Shown here piece after piece: positions 40,861 to 52,800 of a stretch of 64,000 bases of DNA. The stretch is from positions 50,151 through 114,150 of the forward strand of contig NIVC01003175.1 in assembly GCA_002269645.1 (NCBI GenBank). Reading direction: 5' to 3'. This stretch comes from Macrostomum lignano. Its lineage: Eukaryota. A model generated the notes under the pieces. It saw nothing but the letters and a program-made list of their open reading frames with translations, was not told where the DNA came from and made no database searches. Numbering within the stretch: position 1 is the stretch's first letter; every line of letters starts with the position of its first letter. Made by a program: the position numbers and the translations under genes.

Positions 40861-43449
40861 AAGATAAGAGATTTTCCATGGTATATGCACATTATATAAT
40901 TGGAATAATAATGACTAAAGTAAGGATAAATGTAGCAAGGGCATAGGGAGAGGGGATAGGGAGATGTATCCTATAAAAATGAGCAACTGCTAGGCCTAGC
41001 TAACTTGGCTAATCTAGTTATTATATAACAAACTAAGTTAAAGGTTCAAAGTTAATTATTTAAAAAATCTTTTCTTTTGACAAAATCTGATAACAAATAG
41101 ATTTTTGTTTTAGACAAGTTAAAAAACTAAGAAACATTTCAGTCAAAACTAAGTTGCATAGCTAATATAATTTTAGGAGCAGGTGAGGTAGGCATAGTAC
41201 CATTAATACCCCTTTCCCACTTTAAAAATTGGGGGCCATGGCCCCTTAAGCCCAGATTACAATTGTTTTAATAATAAAACATTTTGGTAACAATCATTTT
41301 AGTCACAAGCAAAAGTCATTTTGGTGACAAGAAAAAGATCTTTTTGATGATAGCCATTATTGTTGCAAGCAAAAAAATATCTTATTTATTATAACTGATC
41401 TATGATACCCAAATTTTAGATGTTTCCAAAATTAAAAAAAATTTTATTTAATTTTGTTTCTTTATTGTTACAGAGTTGGAATGTTTTGAATTTGTATATT
41501 TTCAAAATCCAAGGTGTATTTTCTCTATTAGTCATGTCTAAGCTTTTCTCAAGGTCAGCATTTTATGATGAGGATCCTTGAATATGTTTGTATTATATTT
41601 GAATATTCTAAGAAAATTTAAAATTAATATATACAAAAAGAAAACTATAATTTTTGTTTTAAATATCTTAAACAAAAAACAAACAAAAATATTAAAGCTT
41701 TTGACAGATTTTGTTAAAAATATAAATAAAACAAATCTTAACAAAAAACTACAAACTAATATTTATAAAATGCCTCTTGTCATTAAAATTACTATAGTCA
41801 TTGAATCTTATTTTTTTACAAAAGGTTAAGTATGTCTTATCATAAAAGAAACTTGTCATTGAAATGACTAGGCGCACCATCCTGCGCATCGCACAGCATT
41901 GTCACTAAACAGTTGAATTGGCAGGGGCCATTTGCCTATTTGTCACTGAAATGTCTTATCACTGAAATGACTTGTCACCGAAATGGCTGGCACCCCCTAG
42001 GCCCTCCCTATTGACACTTATGTATGATGATCATTAGTTATCTATTATTATAATCAATTAATTGCTGATCTAACAGATCTGACCTGATCTAATTTAGTCT
42101 CTACCCTCTACCTTTCATACATAAGATAGGCCCCTAAATAAAATCAGCAAATAATTTATTGGATTGAATTTAAAAAATTAAACAACTTTAACACTATTTG
42201 GAGTAAAATAAACCAAAAGCTGCTAAAAATTGGTTGACTAGGCACCATTAATGGCCCTCCATTCCGATTCCAACGCCTATGACATGACTTGGCCTAGGCC
42301 TAGGCCCTAAAAATTACAGATTTACAAATTTAATTAATTTTTTGAAAATTATGGCATATTATACTTTTTAGAAAAATTTGACAGCAACCTAAGGGTTTTT
42401 GTTGTTTTTGGATAAGATGCATGCATTTGATGTATCTGTGTGGGTGGGTGGTGGGTGGTCAATGGGCATGAGCGGCATGTGTTCTCTTTTTATTTTGTAA
42501 TAGGCCTAGACCCTATCACTAACAGTTTGTAACTAGCCTATATTTTGTTACTAGATATCTAAGAATATTCATATGACATAAAGTGTTGCAAAAAATACGC
42601 TCGTAGTCGTACATCACAGCAACACACAGCACACACAGCTACACGCATATGCTTGCCTGCTGTTGCTGATGACGAATAAAATTATACACCGATGAGAAGT
42701 TGAAATAAACTGTTCTGCACTATATTCTTAAATAAAACCTCTGCTGTTTTCTTCAAATGTGTTATTCAAAAAGAAGTTTTATAGTAAAACTGGCAACAAG
42801 ATGGTTTTATTATTTATATCTTACCAAATTTTGTTTAACTATAACAAAATGTTACGTTTATAGATTTACGGAAAAGCCTATGGTAGCTGCTAATATTATT
42901 TAACTTCTTCAATTTCTAGTGCATGTGCACTGGTGGGCAGGGGCGTAGGGAGGGGGGATAGGGGGGTGTATCCTAGGGGGCGAAATGTCCATGGCCGTAA
43001 CGGTACTGGAGAGCGTGATCTCTCAGAAGTCAATTATGGTGTTGATTCAGTGTGCATGTAATGTGTTAAAAAGCTTTGCAGACAGCGCTAACTGTAGTGA
43101 GATATTTTCTGATTCTGCTGTTATTTGCTTGCGTATCAAAAGTCTGTAGAAATTATCTTAAAAGCTAAGTTTGTCAGACCCGCAGATTTTTTATGCCTTT
43201 TGTAATGAGCACGCGGTTAAGTAGTGCGAGCTGATTTAGTTTCCGAAATCATTTTTGTACAAAACTGATTTTTTCTATGATTTTTTAGGAATGCATACTC
43301 ACTTTTACTCTTAATAGGATTGTCAGGTGCTTTTTTGAAGATGATTGAGTTCTTGTAATGAATTCTATGATGGTTGTCTTTTGCCTTCTCACGTCTTCTC
43401 GGTCGTGTTATTTGCGTATTTTTTATTTAAGAGGCTAGTTTTTTGTTTT

Positions 43450-44402
43450 TCTTACATGTACTTGTGTCTAGTGATCCCATGTACTTGTGTCTTGTGATAC
43501 CCTTGTGTCTGGTGATACCATGTACTAGTGTCTGGTTGCAGTGATACCATGTACTTGTGTCTGGTGATACCATGTACTTGTGTCTGGTGCAGTGATACCA
43601 TGTACTTGTGTCTGGTGCAGCTAGTGATACCATGTACTTGTGTCTGGTGCAGCTAGTGATACCATGTACTTGTGTCTGGTGATACCATGTACTTGTGTCT
43701 GGTGATTCCATGTACTTGTGTCTGGTGCAGTGATACCATGTACTTGTGTCTGGTGTAGTGATACCATGTACATGTGTCTGGTGATCCCATGTACTTGTGT
43801 CTGGTGCAGTGATACCATGTACTTGTGTCTGGTGCAGTGATACCATGTACTTGTGTCTGGTGATCCCATGTACTTGTGTCTGGTGCAGCTAGTGATATGA
43901 TACCATGTACTTGTGTCTGGTGATACCATGTACTTGTGTCTGGTGATTCCATGTACTTGTGTCTGGTGCAGTGATACCATGTACTTGTGTCTGGTGTAGT
44001 GATACCATGTACTTGTGTCTGGTGATCCCATGTACTTGTGTCTGGTGCAGTGATACCATGTACTTGTGTCTGGTGTAGTGATACCATGTACTTGTGTCTG
44101 GTGATCCCATGTACTTGTGTCTGGTGCAGTGATACCATGTACTTGTGTCTGGTGATCCCATGTACTTGTGTCTGGTGCAGCTAGTGATACCATGTACTTG
44201 TGTCTGGTGATACCATGTACTTGTGTCTGGTGATTCCATGTACTTGTGTCTGGTGCAGTGATACCATGTACTTGTGTCTGGTGTAGTGATACCATGTACT
44301 TGTGTCTGGTGATCCCATGTACTTGTGTCTGGTGCAGTGATACCATGTACTTGTGTCTGGTGCAGTGATACCATGTACTTGTGTCTGGTGATACCATGTA
44401 CA
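43450..44402. repeat. 23/28-bp minisatellite (GTGATACCATGTACTTGTGTCTG[GTGCA])n
   Basis: Directly visible. Confidence 0.95.
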
Positions 44403-44619
44403 TGTAATCTAGGTGAAACCCTTTAAGTTTCTTTGCAAAATTTTTCCTATGATTTCTGTTGCAAGCATTGTTTTTAAAGAATTCCAATTCCATTTAGTTA
44501 TAACTAGCAATCTTCGCCCCCCGATGGGGGACATCTGGATAGAATCTTTGTTCTTTACAAGTAACAAATAGACAGCGAAAAAAAACAACAGACATTCTCT
44601 CTAAAAACAAAACATCCCA

Positions 44620-45330
44620 AGACAGCAAACATCCCCAGACAGCATTCAATCATCGATCCGCAAATAACAAGCATCCCCCAGACTGCAGGCATCCCCCAGA
44701 TGGCAAGCATCCCCCAGATAGAAGCATCCCCCAGATAGCAAGCAAACCCCAGATAGCAAGCATCCCCCAGATAGCAAGCATCCCCCAGACTGCAAGCATC
44801 CCCCAGATTGCAAGCATCCCCCAGATAGCAAGCATCCCCCAGATAGCAAGCATCCCCCAGACTGCAAGCATCCCCCAGATTGCAAGCATCCCCCAGATAG
44901 CAAGCAAACCCCAGATAGCAAGCAAACCCCAGATAGCAAGCAAACCCCAGATAGCAAGCAAACCCCAGATAGCAAGCAAACCCCAGATAGCAAGCAAACC
45001 CCAGATAGCAAGCAAACCCCAGATAGCAAGCATCCCCCAGATAGCAAGCAAACCCCAGATAGCAAGCAAACCCCAGATAGCAAGCAAACCCCAGATAGCA
45101 AGCATCCCCCAGATAGCAAGCAAACCCCAGATAGCAAGCAAACCCCAGATAGCAAGCAAACCCCAGATAGCAAGCATCCCCCAGATAGCAAGCAAACCCC
45201 AGATAGCAAGCAAACCCCAGATAGCAAGCAAACCCCAGATAGCAAGCATCCCCCAGATAGCAAGCAAACCCCAGATAGCAAGCAAACCCCAGATAGCAAG
45301 CAAACCCCAGATAGCAAGCATCCCCCAGAT
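44620..45330. repeat. 18-bp minisatellite (GATAGCAAGCAAACCCCA)n
   Basis: Directly visible. Confidence 0.95.
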
Positions 45331-45770
45331 GTACAGATCATGTACAGGTGATGTATGATCTGTGGTTCCACATTCAGTTAGTTCTACATAAGCTGATATA
45401 GGGTGATATTGAAAGGAATTCGTTGGATAAAATTTTTGTTTGTCAGACAATGTCAACAATGAAAAATTATATGAATGTTCCGGCATAAAATGTTTCTCCC
45501 TGTAATTGCAGTAGAATATTTTTTTCAATTTTTCAATTTTTCACTGACTTCCAAGTTACCGTTAAATAAAGCCTTCGAAAGCAAAAATTTCACAGACTTT
45601 GCTCATTTTGTTATTGTTTCCGAATGTTGGATTAAAAAACTTGGTCTATTTCAAAGTTTTAAAGCGGGCAATCGGGCTTGCAGACCTTCTAATCACTATC
45701 AAAAGTTTTATAAGCATTGCTTCGATCGTGAACGCAAACTATGGCATTCGCCACATCACTACCCAATTAG

Positions 45771-46130
45771 TTATTTATAGCAGAAGCAGGGACAACGTTC
45801 GGCCAAGACCGTGGTGGCATGGTTGCGGACGCAGCGCCGGGAGTATCGGCCGCCCAGTATCCTGCAGTAAAGGTTGCAGACGAATGTCCAGCTGTCTGAA
45901 AGCATAAGCAAGGAGAGAGAGAGTGTTGAATTCACTTGATTTTTCTGAACTGAATCTTCGGCTTTAGTACGGCTCGGCTTACAAGTGACTCTGTTGGCCA
46001 GTCGCTTGATAGCCAGGTGATCCGCCTTGGCAACCGGCTGCACTAGAGGACGGTTCCTGCTAATAGCTGAGGCGCTAGTCGCAGCAAAGACCAACAGACA
46101 GATGGTGGTAGCAACCAATAGAATCTTCAT
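45771..46130 (-). CDS. Small secreted cysteine-rich, defensin-like prepropeptide (about 90 aa after removing an 87-nt intron)
   Basis: Signal peptide MKILLVATTICLLVFAATSASA and propeptide ending in KR. Probable intron 45982-45896 (T|GTAAGC ... ctttcag|AC, with a pyrimidine tract). Mature region has C-x3-C-x10-C-x12-C-x-C-x-C. Confidence 0.7.
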   Translation of the reverse strand: MKILLVATTICLLVFAATSASAISRNRPLVQPVAKADHLAIKRLANRVTCKPSRTKAEDSVQKNQVNSTLSLSLLMLSDSWTFVCNLYCRILGGRYSRRCVRNHATTVLAERCPCFCYK

Positions 46131-46628
46131 GTTAGCTGTAGTTGCGACAGTGAGGCATTAAATTCGCAGTCCCGAAGCCGGTCCACTGCTCCGCTTAAAT
46201 GCAGTCAGAATTCACGCGCCTGCCGAGTGATTCGTAGGCAGCGGCCAATCATCGCTGCCCGAGTCGAATTCAATGCGGATTCCGGCATGGAACTGAGACT
46301 TGAGACTCACCCTTCTTCTCGGATGATATTCGGCATTATTCTGCTATCCTGTCAAGGTAAACATTAATTATAAGCAATCAAAACCGCCTACCTAAATGCA
46401 TCCGGCCAGCTGTGCTCGGAGAAGCAGATGTTGCTGCTAAATTTGGCTGCAATTTTACTCGTAAACAGCTGAAACTGGAGCGTCGCCAGGGATTTCATGA
46501 TTGTTTAGGGGGTACAATTCCAGGAATCAAAAACAAAAAGTCCCTATATTACAGTATTTTGGGTACAGGTGTTTGTCAGTACTGTACTGATTTTTGCTAC
46601 ATCTAAGACTCATTTTGGCGCCCTAAAT

Positions 46629-46680
46629 CAGGGGGTCGGCAAACATTGGTCCGCGGGCCACATGTGCTTCTCTATCCTTT
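46629..46680 (+). mobile_element. hAT-type MITE left end (truncated)
   Basis: CAGGGGGTCGGCAAAC...GGTCCGCGGGCCACATGTG resembles the ends at 50186 and 50728. No matching right end seen. Confidence 0.55.
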
Positions 46681-46707
46681 CTTTTCTCTCCTGTTCTCTT
46701 TTCTCCC

Positions 46708-46738
<31 letters not shown>

Positions 46739-46739
46739 G

Positions 46740-46771
<32 letters not shown>

Positions 46772-47715
46772 GTCTCCCCTCTCTTCTCTCCTCTCCCCTC
46801 TCTTCTCTCCTCTCCTTTCTCTTCTCTCCTCTCCTTTCTCTCCTCTCCTCTCCCCTCTCTTCTCCTCCTCTCCCTTTTCTTCTCTCCTCTCCCCTCTCTT
46901 CTCTCCTCTCCTTTCTCTTCTCTCCTCTCCCCTCTCTTCTCTCCTCTCCCCTCTCTTCTCTCCTCTCCCCTCTCTCTTCTCCCCTCTCCCCTCTCTCTTC
47001 TCTCCTCTCCCCTCTCTCTTCTCTCCTCTCCCCTCTCTCTCCTCTCCTCTCCCCTCTCTCTCCTCTCCTCTCCCCTCTCTTCTCTCCTCTCCCTTGTTTT
47101 CTCTCCACTCCCCTCTCTTCTCTCCTCTCCCCTCTCTTTTCTCCTCTCCCCTCTCTTCTCTCCTCTCCCCTCTCTTCTCTCCTCTCCCCTCTCTCTTCTC
47201 CCCTCTCCCCTCTCTCTTCTCCCCTCTCCCCTCTCTCTTCTCTCCTCTCCCCTCTCTCTTCTCTCCTCTCCCCTCTCTCTCCTCTCCTCTCCCCTCTCTC
47301 TCCTCTCCTCTCCCCTCTCTTCTCTCCTCTCCCTTGTTTTCTCTCCACTCCCCTCTCTTCTCTCCTCTCCCCTCTCTTTTCTCCTCTCCCCTCTCTTTTC
47401 TCCTCTCCCCTCTCTTCTCTCCTCTCCCCTCTCTTCTCTCCTCTCCCCTCTCTCCTCTCCTCTCCCCTCTCTCCTCTCCTCTCCCCTCTCTCTTCTCTCC
47501 TCTCCCCTCTCTTTTCTCCTCTCCCCTCTCTTCTCTCCTCTCCCCTCTCTTCTCTCCTCTCCCCTCTCTCCTCTCCTCTCCCCTCTCTCCTCTCCTCTCC
47601 CCTCTCTCTTCTCTCCTCTCCCTTGTTTTCTCTCCACTCCCCTCTCTTTTTTCCTCTCCCCTCTCTTCTCCTCTCCCCTCTATTATTCTCTTCTCCTCTC
47701 CTCTCCTTTCTGTCC
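46680..47715. repeat. Pure C/T (polypyrimidine) low-complexity satellite, about 1 kb
   Basis: CTCTCCCCTCTCTTCTCTC-type units. Confidence 0.95.
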
Positions 47716-49872
47716 TCTCTAGCAACGTGGAAGTCAATCTACTGGCGAAGGTAGGCATTGGAGTTTGTGACTATGATATAAGATTGTGGTGCTCTTTGCC
47801 TAGTTGAGAACTGCTCATTGCTAGCACACCAAATGCTGGAAGCAAGAACGGCGCTAATATATCAAAGATGAGGTCGTACAAGGATGCACGCAGAAATTCC
47901 AGAACTCGAGCTGACTTTCTGTTGCGCACCTTCTCAAAGAAGAACCAAGTCGCCAACCCTCCGGACCGTTGAGATATTCAACGATTGTGCCAGAAGGTCG
48001 GATTTTTTCCATAAGTGCAAGTGTATTCAATGCAACCCTTGTTCGCCAATCAGTACTGCAACCTTTGTGCAGCCTTGCCAAGCCTCTCTTCATCAGCACA
48101 TCGACCACAAGTGTTTGCATCAGCTCTGCCTTCGTTGGTCACCTATGTAATAATTTTTTTACCTATATTAATTAAATAAAACTAATGAATCAAAGAAATC
48201 TAGACTTTCTTCAATACGCTCGTAGTTATGAAAGGACGGCATGACCAAGTCCAAAGATTCTTTGACTCAACTGAGTTCTTGGCTTTACAAACCCAATACT
48301 ACAATGCGGTGCTAGTCTCCGCTGCGGGGTGCAGAAAATTTCAGTGTTGAGTAAAAAAACTTGACGAAGGCTTGATAGCTCTCTACCTAGCTGTGTAAAA
48401 TTCTCAGCTACTTGACTTCTTCTTTTCTAATGGCTCAACGAAGTTTAGTGCTTCATCTAAGGAATAAAAACACACAATACTGGGTCTAACAGTCAGTGGC
48501 ATATTGACACAGGAAAAATTTGCGCTAAATATTGACAGCTGTAGAAAATGGTTTTGGGTTGTATGGGGTCACGCATACTTAAACAAGCCTCAGTGTGACT
48601 CTCCGTTCTCGAACAAGCTCTTTTATTTCAACACTCCACGGCTGTGTACCGCTCCGATTTCTCCGATTTCTCTTCGAAGATAATTCCAAAGGATCCAAAC
48701 TTTGTAAGCCTTTCAATTTTTTTCATTTCCTTCTTAACCTTCTTAACATCGATCTACTTTCTACGGGTATTCCGAACTCCAGAGCTTGCCTAGCATAGTG
48801 ACTGCTGCACTTTTAGAGAGGGCTTAAAATCTGAGATCGCGGTTTACTCAGTGTAATCAACTTGCAGCACAAATTGATACAAAGATTTAACTTGCCAGGA
48901 TGGCTGAGACAGCTCTTTCGGTTGCCACGCTCCTTGGGGTTGGTCACCTGCGGTCCAGGCATTCGTCGTGCTCATTAATATTTTCCGCCTGGCTGCCTTC
49001 GCGTGTCAACCGCCTTGCTTAACTCGCCGCCTTGCTTTTATCTTAATCTGGAATGGATAGGGGCTTCTATATTCTTGTTATTCGTCGCTGTGACCTACAT
49101 TGTTGTGCTTGCTTTCTGGCTTCTATTGTCTGACTTGCCTCAAGCCTTTTTGATCATTTTAATTGGATCCGTCTTGCCTATCTGATCTCTTTGCTTTGCC
49201 TGTTTTAGGCTGTCTATTCTGCCGAATTTCCGAGCTCTATAGGCTTTTCTGTATAGATAGATGTATTGAGCCAACTGACTCGGGCAATACAGAGTTAGCT
49301 TGCATTTCAATTAAAGCTTTTATTTAAGCAAATTCGTTAACTAGCCTCATAACCTTCATAATTCTCGGGTTTCAGTCGGGTTCAGATTTTGTGCTTTAGC
49401 TCTGTTCGTTTAGTTTGCATCCGGTATGCATATCAACGCCTTCTGTCAGAAATCGGAAGTAAGACCAGAACCCACCAGCTCCTAAGCTTTAATGTATTTT
49501 TTCATCAAGAAAATAGAACTTTACACATCCAAAGAAAAATGCGATGCTAGTTTTCGTATTTAAAACCGTATTTTGCTAACTTGCAGAAAAAAAAATTTGC
49601 AAGGCTGAACAGTAGGTATTACTGATAGTAGCAATGGAAAGTTGTCGCAGTTATAACGGGAGAAACACGCTCTAGACGCTCTCTTATTGTGAAGCAACAC
49701 TCGAAAAATTTATGAGATGGGTCCATTGGTCTAGATCAACTGACCAATTGGAGTGCATCAGTACTAACATCAGTCCGATATAATATTGAGCGCAAAGCAA
49801 ACAAATTCAATGCTCAAGAAGGAACATATAACCCCTTAGCCACAGAACTTCCGGCACCCGTTCCTGGTCGCG

Positions 49873-52800
49873 ATGGCCAGCCACCGGGTACTAGTTGCCA
49901 TTTCCCTATGCTGCTGGTGGGCGCTGCTCGCTGCCAGCTCCGAGACCGACCGCTACCGGCTGCCTCGCGTGCTGGCCGACGGTCCAAGGCGGCCAATCGA
50001 GGTCGCGCAGGGCAGGCGCACCAATCTGAGTCGCTTCAGCCATCTAATGGTTAATGAGGCTGCCCGTGACGGCGTTTGCAAAGTTGAGGTCGACGGATCC
50101 GACTGTCTCAGTCAGACTGTCGGTCAGGTGAAACCCAAGGTTAGTTATACGCATGCGTTACTATTTATTAACCGAAAATTTAAAGCAGGGGTCAGCAAAC
50201 TCCTGCCACATACGGCCCGCAAAGCCTCTCTATCCGGCTCTTTGAATCTTCCCAAAAGCAATCCGGCCCGCTCAAGGCTTGTGTCTCTTCTTAGCTCCCT
50301 TGTCTCTACTCTCTTCTCTTCTTTATTCCTTCACCTTATCTCCATTCGCCTATCTTTCTTCTCTTTTCCTTCATCTCTCCCCCTCCTCTGGCCCACAATC
50401 TGCGCTGGGTTCTCTATTTGGCCCTTGAGGTAAAAAAGTTTGCCGATCCCTGACCTAGAGAATGAGTGCGGGCCGGTGGGGAGAGAGGAGAATGAATAGA
50501 GAAGGGAGAGATACGCGAGAGAATAAATAGAGAAGAGAGGAGATGAGAGGAGAGAAGAGGAGAAGAGAAGAAATTATAGATTAGAAAGAAGAGCGCTGGG
50601 AAGAGATATAAACATTGAGCAGGCCGGATTGCTACGAGCGCATTGTGAAATTTTAAAGGTCCCATAGGCCGGATAGAGAGGCTTCGCGGGACGCATGTGG
50701 CCCGCGGGCAGGAGCTCGCCGACCCCTGATTTAAAGCAATCCTGTGTCTCAAATTCAAAATGCGGCATAACTTTCAGGTATTCGACTGCTTCTTCGGAGA
50801 CGGTGATGTCTATTACGAGCACGAAGGATCACCGTTCAGCGTCCGTGACTCTGTGCGCCTACAAGTGCAGTATTTCTTTGGAAAGAACAACACAATAGTA
50901 TTGCCACTGAGGCTGGAGGTTCGAGTAAATCTCTCTAAAAGTGCATCTGAAGGTCGTAGACTCGTGCTGGCTGGGCCTGAGCCCCTCGCCGTTCACGGCT
51001 CCAGAGGCCGCACACAGCCGATCAGTTCTAATGCGATCAGATTTGCCTACGATCCCCAGACTGAGAGGTGTACAATTGAGCATCGACGGGAATGGCGCAC
51101 CTTCAGGCATTGGCCACTGGCTGGTCGGCTGCTGAATGATCGCGAACAAGTGATGCAGGAGTTCCGGCTTGACTGTCACCTGTTCCTACTGTCGGCGTAC
51201 AAATATGAAAGGATCGGCACCAAAGTAGGACTTGAGTTCGACTATCTGCCGGTATCTGTGAAAGTGCTGCGGTTCGGTGCCAGCGCATCGGAGACGCTGT
51301 ATGAAAACATCTATCTGAGCATCCGTTTGACACCAACCAGGGATGCGGCTTCGCTGCCTTTACCGACTTTGCGCTCCCCACACCGGTATTTTGATATTTC
51401 GTACTCAGGCGGTCTGCCAGCCACTCTGCCGAAAAATTTAGTTTTAGCTAACGTCACTAATCTAGTTGTGCAGCTACTGGAGTTCACAGTCGTTGCATCT
51501 ACAGGTCTTAACGTTACCCTCGTTGATATCAGAGAGCCCGGATCCATCCCTCTGGATGGCTTCGAGCTGGCAGACCTCCGCTCTGGCCATATCGCTCTTC
51601 AAGTACTTGGCGTCACTTCAGCTGACAGGATTCAATTTCATCTTCGACTCAGACCTATTGACACCCTGTTGCGAGTGGGTCCTGAAGTAACACTGCAGCT
51701 GGTCAGCAGAGTGCAGCACAGGCGCCTGCAGCTGTTCACGAGCCCCATGCGAGTCTGTACAGGCGGAACTGCTTTGCTCCGACCGCACAATCTGCAAAGC
51801 GCCAGCTGGTCCGAAACTGTACGTTTTCGTGTTAAACGCGATCCCTACAGCGGTCGTCTTACAATAAACGGCGCGCCACTGCGTTCTTTTAACTCTAGAA
51901 GGCTGGCTCGCTTCTGGAAGTTTCGCATCGCCTATATACACAACGGCAACTTGCCAAGACACGATAGCATCGGATTGCGCGCCGTCTTTCGAGGCATCCG
52001 TGTCTCCTTTCAGTTTCCAATCCGTGTTGTTCGAAACTGGGACGCTGCGTCTTCACTAAAATCTCGAATAAGATACCGGTTGACGCCATCTGGAACGCTT
52101 TGCATTGGAGAGGAAGCAATTAATGAGAGTGTCCTAAAATATCTATTGGCAGATGGGGTGCAGCTGCAGTACAGAGTTACACAACAGCCAGTCGCAGGTG
52201 GTCTTATCATGTCTGAGCTAACAACCAAGTCAACACCATCGGGAAGAGTTGGTTCTGTCGAGCAGTTCACACTTGCAGATTTGTTCACCAGAACAATTTG
52301 CTACGTTAATCATGGAGATTCAATAACTAAATGGATTCATTGAAAATCCGCCAGATCGGTCAATCCGATTTAACTGAATTAGTGATACAAATCGTTATTC
52401 AGCCCAAGGCCACCTTGGAAAATAAGTCTATTCGTCATCGTGTGATTCTTTCCCTGCCAGAAACGCAACGAGAGGGTCTTCGAATCAATAGAAGCATTCT
52501 CAACTATGAGACAGTCGGCTTGTCGCCAAGTCAAATCGGATACGAGGTGCTGCTCCAGCCGCATTTCACTACTATCGGAGCCAACCTTAGCCTAGATGCC
52601 GGACGTCTGATTGATGCTCGACGATTGTCTTCGTCCTCGACAAAGATTCAGGAGATCGCAACACTGACTTGGTTCAGCCAGGAAGACATTAACAATGGCT
52701 ATGTGAGGTATGTACCACCGTTAGAAGACGTTGGTTCTTCGGGCAGGCCTGTTGAAATGTTGCTACAGCCGCTCGACTTCAATCGGAATCGCGCACTGCC

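Noticed and set aside
41280-42000. Loose inverted motifs CATTTTGGTGACAAG / CTTGTCACCGAAATG
   Set aside because: Suggestive of decayed DNA-transposon ends, but too degenerate, and no target duplication could be defined.
43427-47807. ORFs such as HQTQVHGIT, LLSGVC and ERRGE repeats
   Set aside because: Minisatellite and polypyrimidine artefacts.
47770-49400. Degenerate coding-like sequence on the minus strand (PTKAELMQTLVVDVLMKRG..., LEFLRASLYDLIFDI)
   Set aside because: Many stops and frameshifts and no motif I can assign. Possibly a transposon relic; it needs a translated profile search.
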